Of a stretch of 64,000 bases of DNA, positions 11,441-24,182 are shown one piece after another (positions within the stretch are counted from its first letter, which is position 1; each line of letters starts with the position of its first letter). The translations under genes were made by a program, and so were the position numbers. The notes under the pieces are model-generated. The model was not told where the DNA came from, did no database searches, and was given only the letters and a program-made list of their open reading frames with translations. Source of the DNA: Amphiscolops sp. MND2022 (Eukaryota); assembly GCA_964187785.1 (NCBI GenBank), contig OZ076413.1:48238001-48302000 (forward strand), given 5' to 3'.

Positions 11441-13113
11441 AGAGTTAGACCAGGTGCAATTGTAATAGAAAACCACTTGTTAACTATCTAACAGTTCTGT
11501 GAGGTTACATAGTTGTTAACGCTAGCGCTCTTTCACATTAGATACAAAAACAATCAAATCAACACGACAACTAAAAATTTTATGCTTTGGCAACCGTTGA
11601 AAAATAATTTTGTTGCTTCTATGATCTTTGTGTGAAAGAACACGCTGAACAAAATCCACCTTGGGAAAACTTACGCTAATGAGCTGAAGAATATCACTTC
11701 TGAAAAAGTCTTCAAAAAGTTTTCAGCAAAACAAATATTCTTGGTAGCCCCAAAAACGAATCGTTTTTTTAAAAAAAAAAACACTGGAGTTTCACACCCA
11801 CGGAAACATCCAAATTGTACACAGACTCCAAAAACCGATGGACACTTTTCGTGTTTTTCAGTTTGTTGGCCTCCATTACTGTTCATTTGTGGGCCTTTAT
11901 ATTCACGGAATAAATGAAAAAGTGGACGAAAAATGCATGACACTCGAAAGATGGCATTTTGAATCTTATCAATTTGTTTTCCGTTGAAAAAAAAACAAAC
12001 AATTCTATCGAAGCAGTGCTTACAAACAAAATTTCTATAAGTGAACACTGGTTGTTCATTTTCACGCAAAACGCAATGACGATACACAATTAGTGCAAAA
12101 CGATGAGTTAAAGGCGTTTGTGACATTTTTCTGCCAATTCGAGGCGTTTTGTATGGAAAATCTTGGCTTTCTTAACAAGTGCTGTAGGTAAGTACTACGC
12201 TTCTCGTTGCTTTCTGTGTCTAGTATCACTCACCAAATTATCGTCAATATAAATAAAACTTGCATAAAAATGCCAAAAAAAGCATATTCCTTTGAACAGC
12301 ATAATATTTTTCAAAATCATCTATTCAAAGGTATCCCCATTTTGTGATTACGATGTTTTTCAAATGTGTAGACGTAAAATTCCGTCTCGGGTTCCTTTCT
12401 CTGAAATTTTCCTTCACAGGTAGACAACCTGAGTTTGTGGTCAACCTACATTTCTGTGACATGCCAAGGTCACACGACAACCAACAAGAGCAGCTACGGA
12501 GTTGTTGGTTAACAAACTCAGAATTAATTACATTAGATTGCTCTATTTATGTTTGTGTATTGATACATCTTCGCTGATACTATATTCATTATAGATATAA
12601 AGTTGAGAGAATATAGTTGAAGTTTCAAAGCATATCGCTTGTTTTAAAATAGATTTAGAAAACTAAACAACTTCCATTCTCTTTTACTTAGTAGATTGGT
12701 TAAAATCGAGACGTTTTTCGGGACTGTTGAGATTTCATTTCTCTGAAGTCTTTCCAAGGAAGACTAAAAGACGAATTTTCAAGTCCACATAAAACTTTTC
12801 GAAATGTGGACCGGCAGCTGAAGAAATTACCTCAACTCATTTCAATTTCGAACATTGTTGGTTCTATCACCAACAAGTTTTTGTAGGTTTTCGTGCAGAG
12901 TAGTCGTGATCTTACAGGATCTTATGTAACCTTCAGAAATTTCCCTGCGTCAAGTTTTTTTGAATCTTATCATACTGTCTAACAGATTCTATCTAAATTT
13001 GGCGGTTTTTCGAAGCAATGAAGTTTTGCAAGTTTTACTATGCAACGATTCTTACTTTAAAATTCAGCTGAAATCTTATCAATTTTACTGCCATTTTAAA
13101 GCCAAACAACCTA

Positions 13114-13770
13114 CAATAGTGTAAGAAAAGAACTGAGCCCTTATTTGTAAGAAATAATTTGAACTGCATGTAAACAAAGCTAGCATTTAACTTGGTGATT
13201 TCTTCCATTCCCTATTTTACTCATGAATTTAAGGGACTGGAAAGACAAATCGAATGTTTGAGATAATGGGTACAATCGCCTTAATTAGCAGATTCTGCTG
13301 ATATTATTTTTATCAGTGAAAAATGAATAATCGAAAACATTATCCCCAATCTTCGCGAAAAATAGCTGTGTCTCACGTATCAAGATAGTAAATAAAATGA
13401 AATATTCGAAAACCCCTTTCAAAAACTATATAATACCAATTATCTTGATGTAAAACAGTTAAATGTCTTCAGGAAATGAAGAAGTACCTTTCAAATAAAC
13501 AAAAATTACAAATTAGGTGCCACATGTTGGAAAGTTGTCCAAAATGATGTCCCAAATGCCAATTCAGTGGTAAATACAATCAATGAAAAATGAAATTAGG
13601 AAGTTTCTTCATTATTTGCAAACCTACATTTCAAGTGCCCATTAAAACTTCGGAATGTTTGTTCATTTGATTTTGGAATAACTTGGTTGATAGCAGAAAT
13701 CAGAGCTAGTTTTGTTCGGGTCCAGTTCTTTTCTTACAAATAAAGGTTCAGTTTATTTCTTACACTATTG
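13114..13770. mobile_element. Tc1/mariner-type MITE (657 bp)
   Basis: Imperfect ~50-bp TIR starting CAATAGTGTAAGAAA and ending TTTCTTACACTATTG, flanked by TA on both sides. Confidence 0.75.
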
Positions 13771-15944
13771 TATGTCACTTGATACGTTTCAAAATAGCGT
13801 AATATCTAGCGTGCATTTTGACTAACAGTGACCGCAGTAATTGAATAATTGAGAAAGTAAAGTGTGAAAACTGTGATTCAGATGGTGTCGGAATTGAAAT
13901 TTTCAAGTTTTGATTGAAATAACGAACGCTGCATTGCATTTCTACAAAGTTTTACCATGCACGCTCTTGGAGCTCTACATAATTTGTTTTTAAAAATTAG
14001 CATTGGATGCATGAGAGCAGCATACAAAACTTCCCTGCATACTCAACCTGTGTCGGTATTTGCTGAGCTTGGTTCGCTTTAGGAAACGGTTTCCTTCATT
14101 GAATAATTTTTGCATCTTCAAGGCTATTGTAAGTAAAAATTTAAAACTTGCTGTTTCCAGGTTCTTCGAATTCCATTCTGCACCTGTATCTTGACAGGTT
14201 ATAAGTAGATCTCCAATAACGTCGATGGAGGAAAATTTGATTGAACAGACTGATTGGTAATTGATTAACGTACTACTATATCAAGAATCTTTCAAAACGT
14301 TGCCCTCAAGTGAGGTAATCAGTTTATGAATAATTTTCCTCGAATTTTCTGCGTGTCAAATTTAACCAGTCAACATTTTATTTAATTTAAAATTTTAGAG
14401 AAGGGGCGCGTTAAAATCAAAAAATGTTTCAAAATAAACACTATTTAGAGATACCGTATGCATACATGCATTCGGTGTATTTAAGTCTTCCAAGTTTTTT
14501 TTCCTAAATCGTCATTTTCTCGAGAAGTTAGAAAAGAACAAAGATATAATCTAAATGGTTTAGTTGGTTATAAACTCTTCGTTCACAGTCTAAGTGGTCA
14601 GCACGAATCCTAGAACAGAGCTCACACAATCTTTTCCCGAAGGATGTTCATAAGTTGGCACTTTGAACTTGCGGAGAAAGATTCGGAGACGGAGATAATT
14701 CCAGGAAGAAGACTGAGATAGAGAAGCGGCGGTCGTGAACACTTTGACCAAATTGAATATGGCTCAAAGTGCGGCGTGAAGAAAAACAAAGCAAATGGAA
14801 GAAATGGTCCCTCGGCTTTTTGTCATTTGGAGATTTGCCGTTGCCCTTTCTCTGCGCCTCTTCGCTGTGATCAATACCCGTTTGAAGCATTTACCGCCAA
14901 GTACCTGCCAGCGAATAAACACACAGAACTTTACATGTGAATTACATGTAGGGTTTATGGCTCTAATGGCAAAGGAATATTTAACCACAACACCAATGCA
15001 AAATTCAACAGTTCAACTAGCCATTTACCCCCCCCCCTCTCTCTCTCTCTTTGAACTCCTAAACAAGTCTGTCTATTCTCAAGTTGCCTACAGTTGTCAC
15101 TTACTGTAATGGGCCATGACTCATACTTGTTATCAAATAAATGGCAATTGCCGTGGTTGTTATTGCGCAACTGACAAACAATTTAATCAAATGGAAGAAA
15201 TAAAGTACAGTTTGAACCGCTAATTTGCCTTAAAATGGGAAAAAATAACAGTGAGGGGGGATACTTATGGTATACTCCAATCCATTAAGCCTCTAGATTG
15301 GCTGCTGTCTGCAATTACGTCACCACAATCGCCTGTAGAGTAAGATAAGCTCGATAAAAGTTGGGGATTATCTTGAAGCTGTGAAAATCTTAGGTAGGCA
15401 ACAATTTCCCACTTGTTTATCTGCACAATTTGCAGTAAACATGCGGAAATGTGGGGCGGAGAAATTAGGGAAGAGCGGTTGAGCGTAAACTAGTAAAAGA
15501 GTTTACTAAAATCCATTGCATGAAAAAGGGAGGAAAGAAGAAAAAGGTTAGGAAAACATTTGCTAATAAGTTGTTTGTTCTGTTGAAAGAAGACTCCACA
15601 GTTCTTGATTAAATAAACCCACAATTTCAACAGTTCAAAGACATTTTGTCTGGAAGGGAAAGGCGTCAGCACGTATTCGTTGCCACGTTATTGAATTTCA
15701 GAAAACGGGTTGAATTATCAATTTGGAATTCTTTTGTGTAGCTAAGTCAACAGCATTATTTCACGCATTGTGACCCTGCAAAACATGCAAAAAAGCGTAT
15801 GACTTCACGTACATTGTATCTTTCGACTGCTATACATGCAGTATGTACTAGCATAGAAAAGATTGATACATGATTTGATGACATAGATTTTACTGTTTGA
15901 CTGACAGTTCGGGTTTTTGAGCTGTTCATTTGGAACTCGTTTTT

Positions 15945-16756
15945 AGTCGGCGCATTTTCTCTTGAGGAAAAAAGCCGACTAATACAGTGACTAGTTTTTG
16001 TGTCAGTCTTATCTCAATGGTCCACTTTTTCTGCACAGTGCACTTCTACCATAAGTATTTAGTACTTGATTTTGATCATCCAAAGTCTCTGACATAACAT
16101 ATTCCAATTCCCCCTTTTCCACTTTCCCCTTTTCCACTCTTTTTCGGCTTTCCCTCCTTTTTCCGGCACTTTCCCACTTTTTCGGCTTTGTGAAACTTTT
16201 ATTCCAAGAATTTTAAAATTTTTTAATGTGTTCAAAGGGTCCACCTTCGATTTTTTGATATTTAGCAGAATGGATGTTGAAAATCCCAAAGGGCCCCCTT
16301 TTAGATTTTTTGCACTACGAGACTGTTCAAAATTCTCATTTTTTGTCTGATATTAGGTTTTCTCAAAAAATACCCACCAATATACTATCCGAATTTTGGA
16401 GGTGCAAAATTTTGCGGTATATTCGATTTTTCGATGTTATATCCGAACTATAATGCGTTTTACTGAGGAGGATCTAAAAACATCTGTTTCAGCACACTAT
16501 ATCCGAATTTTTGACGTCGTATCCGAAATGATTTGCGTTTTGCTGAGGAGACGGCCTAGGGTCAATAAAGCGTTCGGATTTGTCTCAGCACGCAATAGCG
16601 GAACTTCTGAAGCTTTTTCCGAGCACGAAAGGCGCCCTTTGGGCGGTTCGAAACTGTTTTCTGAGATTTGCATAAAAACGTCTTGCGCATGTTTTAAAAA
16701 CTTTGCGCTTTTTGAGCTTCAGGTATAACGCCGACTTTAGACGTTCTCGGTTTGTT
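15945..16756 (+). mobile_element. HINE-like element, copy 2
   Basis: Starts AGTCGGCGC...GCCGACT; ends CGCCGACTTTAGACGTTCTCGGTTTGTT. Confidence 0.75.
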
Positions 16757-17331
16757 GAAACTTTTTTAGACTCCAATTTCTACCACGCTAATTTATTGAA
16801 ACTTTCAATTTTTCTTTCATTTTCACTACTATTTTAAAACGAAACATTTGATATCCACAAGACTTTACTGATAATAAAAAGACTTCAAAACGTCATCATT
16901 CTACAGTCGAGGAAATACTTATGATAGGTTTCAAATCGACCATATATATTGCTAAATTTTGCAAAATGTTTCAGATGGAGCCGGAAAAAGTAACAACGTG
17001 ACGATCTACTGGTTGTTAGCGTAAAAATTTTCTAACAACTGACAGGTTGGTTCGCACCTGTAGATTTTATTATTATCTTGGTCACGTGATCAAGTCACAT
17101 GACTAGAAGACCCAATTATGTTGCACTTTTTGGATGGTTGGAAAGTGCATGACTGGTTTTATTGCGCCATTGAGCCACAAGATGGCATGAATTACAAGAA
17201 TGATAACTGTGTAATTTCGTCGTTACGTGAATAACTATGGCTAACATTCTGCTGAGATATGTGTACGTGGTTTACATGTTGAGTCACGTAGTAAACAATC
17301 TAGGTAATGTCTGAATTGAAAGCATCATAAT

Positions 17332-17657
17332 TGTCGGAACGTGTCTCGTGTCCAATTGAGACAGTGTTTAATTCGTCCCCTTCTCTATTACTAGAGGATA
17401 TCTTTTCAGTTAGTGCTAGGACGAGATTCGGTAAGTCGCTAATCAATCTGTTTATTCATTTCGGAAAAACTGAGGTCCACTGTATGTCTATCATTACCAT
17501 TTTGGTAGTTTAGTAAATCGACAATATTGAATTCGTTTCTTTGATCTCTCGTAAGGATCTCGGGTACACTACTGTCGCTTTCAGAGTCACTGTTTCTATC
17601 CATTCCGCTCATATCTATTAGATTGTTTCTTGCTGCCTGAGATCTCGTGTTAACCAT
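17332..17657 (-). pseudogene. Copy of the gag N-terminus inside the 3' LTR (MVNTRSQ...)
   Basis: ATG at 17657-17655. A 4-bp AATC duplication at ~17441-17448, absent from the 5' LTR, causes a premature stop. Confidence 0.8.
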
Positions 17658-18485
17658 AAAGACACATGTGGAAGTTTTTCTAGTTTAATTGAATTATTGA
17701 AGGACGATTTTTATGTAAATATTGTAACTGAAGATTATTGCAAGGTTGATGTAGTTGGTAACTACACGTCGTTGTATAGCATTTGTTAATGGTCGTCAGA
17801 TAGCACCTGCTGTTTGGAATGGTGATGTTGGTCACGTGACCTCATCAACCAATCATACTGCATTATATAATGGTGTTAATTAGCACCTTGTGTTTGGTAG
17901 CGCACTTTGCGTCTAATGATATGAGTGCAGTGATGGTACCTTGCTAGTGTTATATGATTTTGTTTAATACAAACTAGTAATACATGTAGTATAAATGCAC
18001 TTGTGAAAGTATGGCGATATTGTATCACTAACTTTGAAGATAACACATGTTACTATTTGATGATGTCGTAGCACGAACATCGACTAAATGATAGGTTATG
18101 GAGTGAGTAATAAAATTAAAAGTACTTTTAGCACACGATTTAACATACTCAGTACACAAATTGGGTCAAATACTAGAAGCGGGTTTGATGTTTAGATAAA
18201 AATGGTTTATTTTGCACAAACGTATTGACGATGCACGTATCACGACCACGTCACAATATTCATGTAAAAAAATGTTTGAGTTTATTTCTTCAATGTGGTG
18301 TTGTCAACTGCGTTCATTTACTTTCTATTTTCTCCTTTCGTTCCTTTTTTCTCTGATCTTGTGACGTTGTGCGTATGGCAGCGTCATTTCATAAATCTTG
18401 TTGTTTATTTCACTTGTGCTTTCCATTTGGCGGTACTGTACAGGTAACATTGTCGTTTGTTAGTAATCATGCGTATTGCATGACA
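17332..18485 (-). repeat. 3' LTR (1154 bp)
   Basis: Direct repeat of 31531-32675 (roughly 90% identical by eye); preceded on the minus strand by the PPT. Confidence 0.95.
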
Positions 18486-18496
18486 CTCCCCCTCTT
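18486..18496 (-). promoter_or_regulatory. Polypurine tract
   Basis: AAGAGGGGGAG directly abutting the TG of the 3' LTR. Confidence 0.9.
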
Positions 18497-19921
18497 GGAA
18501 AGGAAGAGGATGGTGCGGGGGAGAGAGAAGCGGAAGAATTGACGTTGGTGTTGGAGTGTTGGCAGCTTTAGTAAGATGAACTTCATAGTTGGTAAGAAGC
18601 GTGAACAAATAAAAATGTGAATTGGCGTATTAATCTCTAAGAGTAATCCGAGAAGGCGTTCGTTCAGTCGGCGAGTACAGTCGTGAGAGAGTATAGTTAA
18701 AATAGTCGTGACGTCAATAGCCACGTCATCCATTCGTGCGCTTTAATACTGGTTTGAGTAGTAGTAGTAAAGGTGAATGAACCGGAAATAGTTCATTCGT
18801 GACAGCGACTGTGCTGTTTTGGTAATTCTAAGTCGGTTGTGAAAACAATAAATACCGTGTGAACGCGGGAAATTTCTGGTTGACAGTTAGAGTTGGATTT
18901 CTGAATAAATAGTTTGTTGTAGTTGATGGTTGTTGTCGGCTTCTGATTTGGCAAACGCACCGTACCGTAAAACTTCTTGATCAGACGGAGACAATAGGAG
19001 ATTTTAGGCGTAGGTAATTGTTCAGCGTTTGCGATTTAGATAGGGCTTTTTCGAGCAAGAGTTAGCCTTTGACGGGTATCATATTTGTTGAATGGGCACT
19101 CAAGAATAAAAAATTCTTTTCGATGTAGGAGAGGGCGCTTCTGTGTTATAGATAATGAGGGTGATCAGGCCACATAATCAACAAGAGAAGCATCGTTTCT
19201 TGGTAAATCGCAACTGCATGACTTTTGCTAGCCTGTTATTGTCCGTTATTTTCCGATTATCGTGATTGATTATGTCTGGTGTGAATCCTTATGACGATGA
19301 CGTCGTTGCTACTGTATTGTCCATAGAGGGGTGTCCAGTGGAGGAGGGCCAGTGGAGTGCGTCTCATGACGATATTGACGTCTCGCAAGAAGTTGTGGAA
19401 GAGTTGCTAGCAGGAAGAGTGGACTGTGTGTGCTATCGTTTTGCTGGACAATTTGCAGCTGCTGGTTCTGATGCATTGAACTCTTAGGTTGAAGTTATTC
19501 TATTAGAAGAATTCCGTGAGTATCTTATTTGGATATTTGTTTTGACCAGTAATACTTGTCGTGTAGCCCGTTGTATCACTTTTTGGGGGAGATGTGTCAC
19601 CCCTTTTTGTTAATCTTTGAGCGGTTCACATTGGTTGGTTTTGGTGAGGGTGTGTCCTATCAATCCCAATTTGTATTTTTTCCATCCCGGGAAAAAACAC
19701 GTGATCAAGTTGTCCGTGGTTCTGGTAATGGTTATCGCCGGTTGTTTTGCGTTCACAGGGAGCTTGGGCGTTGAAGAAATTGTGTTAGTGCTTCGAGAGC
19801 TGTTGAGACGGACTGTTGATTTCCCCGTGTCGTCATCATTGAGCACTGAAGAGTTGAGGAGCCGTCTGTCAGTTTTCCTCCAAAACCAATAAGGTAGATG
19901 ATGATTACCAGCATACGTCAT
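18490..19921 (-). pseudogene. Degraded extra sense-strand ORF of unknown function upstream of the PPT
   Basis: ORF fragment 19610-19921 continues with stops and frameshifts (S/T-rich tract, NNRLAKVMQLRF..., FTLLTNYEVHLT) to the PPT. No recognisable domain. Confidence 0.45.
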
Positions 19922-20115
19922 GTGGTTTTGTTTTATGGGTTGCTGAAAATAGTAGTTGTAGCTGCTGTTGGTGTTTTATAGGCAAGGATGTAGTCACGTA
20001 TGGCGGGTGTGTGATAATCAGGCTGTCGTGTGTTTCGCAGGTGTAACAGGTGCTCGAATTGTGACTTTGACAGACGTTGGTGTAGTCGTCAATGCCAAGA
20101 TTGGTGTGCCGATAG

Positions 20116-23100
20116 ATGTCGAGTTTGGTGAAGGCGACAATTGAAGCTCGGCTGGGTCACGTGGGCAGCGTCGTGGCTATGCTGGTCAAAGAGTTTATCA
20201 CTAAGTTGAAATCGACTATGAGGGAAGTTGTGCCGCCACAGACGTTCCCTGTGTCTGAGTCTGGATCTTGCGGAATGGGTCAACGGGCATTGTCGTCGGC
20301 CGTCGTACAATTAACGAGGCTGCCTTCATCGTCGCGACCTGCAGAAAGTTCTGAAGGAGGCTGTGCCTCGGTCCCCTCTGCGTTCGGTGAGATGGGGTCT
20401 TCTGCGTCAGTTGCTCTTGAGAGCACGAAAACTGCAAAATCTGGTAAGAAACTCATAAGATCATGGGATGGGTTTTAGTATGTAATTACTACTAGCTAAG
20501 TCTTAGGCCAAACCACTTTAATTTTTTGTAAGAGTTTGAAAGGGTGGACCTAGGGTTCTTAATTTGCTGTTTTGGTTTTGTGTGATGTAGTGTGTTTCAG
20601 GTCGTCGCCGTGAACTGAAGACGCTAAAGCTGTCGTATTTTGTGTCCGGTGTCGTTGGAACCTTCGTTGGATTCCCTCGGCATAAACGCGTAATATACGC
20701 TCGCTCGCTGTCTGTTGTGTCGTATGGACGTTAGTATTGGTGGGGGCGCCTATCGTCGATATAGGACCATTGGAAAGGTGTGGAGCACACCTGTCTAGAG
20801 CAAAAGTACCAAATTATGGTGCAAAAACCTTTGCTAGACAAACCGTGCCGTTGAGTGTCCGCCGAGGAGGACAGGCTTATTCGTCTAGCGAGGATGTCTG
20901 AGCCCCCTTTGTTCTAAGAATCTTCGTTAAGTCTGTCGATCGAAGAGCGTGTTGCCATAGCGGAGGCTGAAGTAGCAGCCGAGAAACGCCCTACATTGGA
21001 GGCGGAAGCAGTAGAACTCCTGTGGTTGGCAGTTTTGTGTCCAATTTCATGAACTTGAGCACGTTTGGCAATGTCATGCAAGCAGTGGATATGTGGAGAG
21101 CTACTATGGTTTCCGAGCTGAAGGTAGAATGCCGTGATCCCACCTACGCTCGTTAACAGGTAACTCCCCTTTTTTAGTCGGCGCTTTATCCTTTTAAAGA
21201 AAAATGCCCGACTATAGCAGTGACCTTTTTTTCTTCAGACTACAATCCTCACACTGATCGGTCCACTTTTGTTACAATTCTTACCATCTAAAATCTTACA
21301 ATTCTTACTTAGCAAGTTTAAAATACTTTAAAAGCTTGCGAAAAAGTATTTTGACATCATCTAAGAAACTCAAAGGGACCAAAGGGTACTCCCTTAGAGT
21401 ATTTTCGGCTCTGTGAAGCTTTTTACGAAAAAAAGTTTCTTCCATAAATGGTCCCCCCTCAGTTTTTTTGGAATTTTGCGACAGAACGGATGTTGAAAAA
21501 TCCCAAAGGTTCCACCTTTAAGTTTTTTTCGGAATTGTGAGACTTTTTTTTAAAATTTTTTTCACCAAAAGTGCCCCTCCTTCAATTTGTTTTGATGATT
21601 TGCGACAGAATGGACAAAAAATTTCAAAGTGTTCCCTCTGGTGCCCCAATTCGGTTCAACTTTTGGGTTTTTCCGGGACCGTAGAAGAGAAGACTTTGAC
21701 ACTTTGATGTCCTTTCGCTGCTTTCGAGTCTTAGATATAGCGTCGACTTGGGCCGTTCCCGGCTTGTTTTCTCTTGTTTTGAATTCTGGTTCGTTAGGTA
21801 AGATGTGGTATATGTTAAGACTTGAAGTTTCTTGAATTTGTCATTTTCTGTTTTGACTGGTTTTTGGTATTGTGGTTGTAAGTGTGTGTTGTGTTTCTGG
21901 TAATTTGTAGCGGATTTGTGTTTGTTATGGAGCTTGGTGTTGTACGGCCTCTACTGGTTCTGCGAGTGCCACCTGGTTGGTGATCATTCGATGAAGTCCA
22001 TCGTGCTGGCGTCGTTCATAAGGACTCTGGAGGAGAGAGGAATGTGGTTGAGGTGGTTGTACAATTGTTGCTATGTTTGCAACATGCTGTGACTGTGACG
22101 ACGTACGTCATTGAAGGAAAACTACAGTTGGGTCGTGCCTTGGGTGCAATCTCGTCGCCAGTGAAGTCGTTGAATTCTGAAGCCTTTACTCAGAGGATCG
22201 TGCTGCAACTTGTGAAAGACTTACTGGCGGAGTTCGGAGGTCTGGAACCGTTTGTTGTAGACGATTCTTTCCTGGACCGAATGCCGTTACAACGTCGTGT
22301 AAGTTATTTCAGTTGCTTGGAAAATAGCTGCATTTATTCCTACGTTGGAGCTTGTGAGGCACTTTGAACTTCGAGTTGATTGTATTTCATTTTTCCGTTG
22401 TTTTGCGAGGGGTTGTGACTTACGATTCGTGTCTTTTGTGTTTCAGTACGTGCGCACTAGTGGGAGCGGTGTACGAGCCTTGGCTGCGTTGTGCGCCGAG
22501 ATTGTCGAGCACTGGAGTGTGCTGGCTGTGTACTTTGATACTCATCTATCCAGTACGACATCTGAGCTCAGACTTATCACGACAATGGAGTGGCAGGTAA
22601 TTACTGTTGCGCTGATGAGACCACGTTTTGCAGCTTTGCGTGTTATTTTGAGTCTCCATTACTATATTTTTTTTCTAGGAATAGGTCGTCTTTGCAGTAG
22701 TTAGAGCGCGTGTTTCTATTTGGGGGATAAGCATAATGAAGACAAAAAAAAGGTTAGGACTGCTTTTTACTACTAAAGGTGGTGATGGTGATGTTACGTT
22801 TTTTCTTTTAACGATTTCCGGTTTTGTTGTCATAGTGGCTGACGATTGTCCTCGCTTGTGTGCTGGCACTGGTGGTTGAGCGTGAACTGTCCCAGTATGT
22901 GTGCCATTTGATGAAGTACGTTTATCCAGCAATCCAGCATCAGCGATTCCCTCTGAGTTCGACGTAGGAGCTATACTTTCTCATGTAGAACATGAGCACT
23001 GTGTTATCAACCAGGACGAGTACAATGTCTTGTTTGAACAGTACTTAAGATTTGACGTTAGCTCTCAACTCCCTTATTTTTACCGATCAGTGCAGAAGAT

Positions 23101-24182
23101 GTTCGGTGCGCTCTGTACGAAGCTAGTCGCTGCGTTGCGTCGAACTGTGGTAGAGCATCTGAGTCCAACATCTTTCGACCCTGTGTTCATACATTGTGGA
23201 TCTCATGATCGCAGCGTAGATGCCCTAATGGGGACTTGTGCGGTGCTGACTTCTCACGGCCTGATCAACAGTGATGACGGCAGTGCTGTGCTTCTTCAGT
23301 ATCGTGAAGTTGGTTCGTTTTTTAAAAAGAAGTGGTCGCTTCACAGGAGCTTGCCAGTCATTGATAAAATCATTGATCTGTGGGTGGCGTACCCTTTTCG
23401 GGCACGTGGTAAAGAATTACGCCCAGTAGTGGATGTGGTGTTTGGCCTGGTAGTGTCGGGTCAGTACAGTCTAGATTTCACCGACGATGCTCCAGTGGCG
23501 ATTCCGCGTGATACGTTGATGTCTAGTCTACATATGGTGCGGAGCTGGCTCCAGACCTCTTTTGCTGACCAGACGAGAAAAAATTTGCAGGGACTTATCC
23601 GGTTGTGCCGAACGACACACATGCAAGTTTCGCGCTTAACTGACACTGAGCCTGCTGTTCCCTGGGAGCAGCTTCTGAAATCGGGACTAGATGTTGCCCT
23701 TACCCGCTGTCTCGCAGTGTACGACAGTTCGACACCTGCTCTGTTGTGTACCAGTCTTTGACGACTACCGCTCTAACATACTGGCTCAGTTGGACTTGGT
23801 GGAGGTTCTGGGTTCTACTCGGGGGGCTAGTTATGTGTTGAAAAGTCCTGCCCGCAAACGATCCACTAACTTTACCGGTAATGTTCCTCTTCGGCAATCG
23901 GACGTGACGATTGATGCAGGAGCACCTAATACTTCACACTCGAGGCAGACCACCCCGGTGGTTTCCACGCGTATGCGGGCAAATGTAGCGACAACTAGTA
24001 CGTCGAGAGGTGCAGCGGCTTCAAAGGGGTGTCGAACGGGTGGCAAGCCAAAAGGACGCAAAAACCTACAGTTAGCTTCTTCGGCCACTTCTGTTGAGGC
24101 TGATGATGATGAGGAGAGTGTGTCGACGGGAAAACGACGTGCGACAAGCTACGCTCTGATTTCGTCGAACCAAGCAGAGTAG
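20116..24182 (+). pseudogene. Antisense multi-exon gene inside the retrotransposon; hAT-transposase-derived protein with a BED-like zinc finger, now disrupted
   Basis: Coding blocks 20116-20443, 20601-21159, 21911-22298, 22447-~22750 and ~22836-24182, separated by T-rich GT..AG segments. Motifs: CLLC..HWKGVEH, AVELLW, EIVEHWSVLAVYF, FYRSVQKMF, IDLW..EL..V..V, TLMSSLHMVRSWL. Confidence 0.65.
21176..21768 (+). mobile_element. HINE-like element, copy 3, inserted in a T-run within a putative intron of the antisense gene
   Basis: Both diagnostic ends present (AGTCGGCGC...CCGACT; GCGTCGACTTGGGCCGTTCCCGGCTTGTT). Confidence 0.8.

Noticed and set aside
14648..15170. Host protein-coding exon
   Set aside because: Overlapping short ORFs on both strands, no recognisable domain, no consistent splice pair.
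22901..23761. Tyrosine recombinase (DIRS) or env interpretation of the antisense ORF
   Set aside because: No R..HxxR..Y signature, signal peptide or transmembrane anchor. The host element has a DDE integrase, direct LTRs and a TSD.
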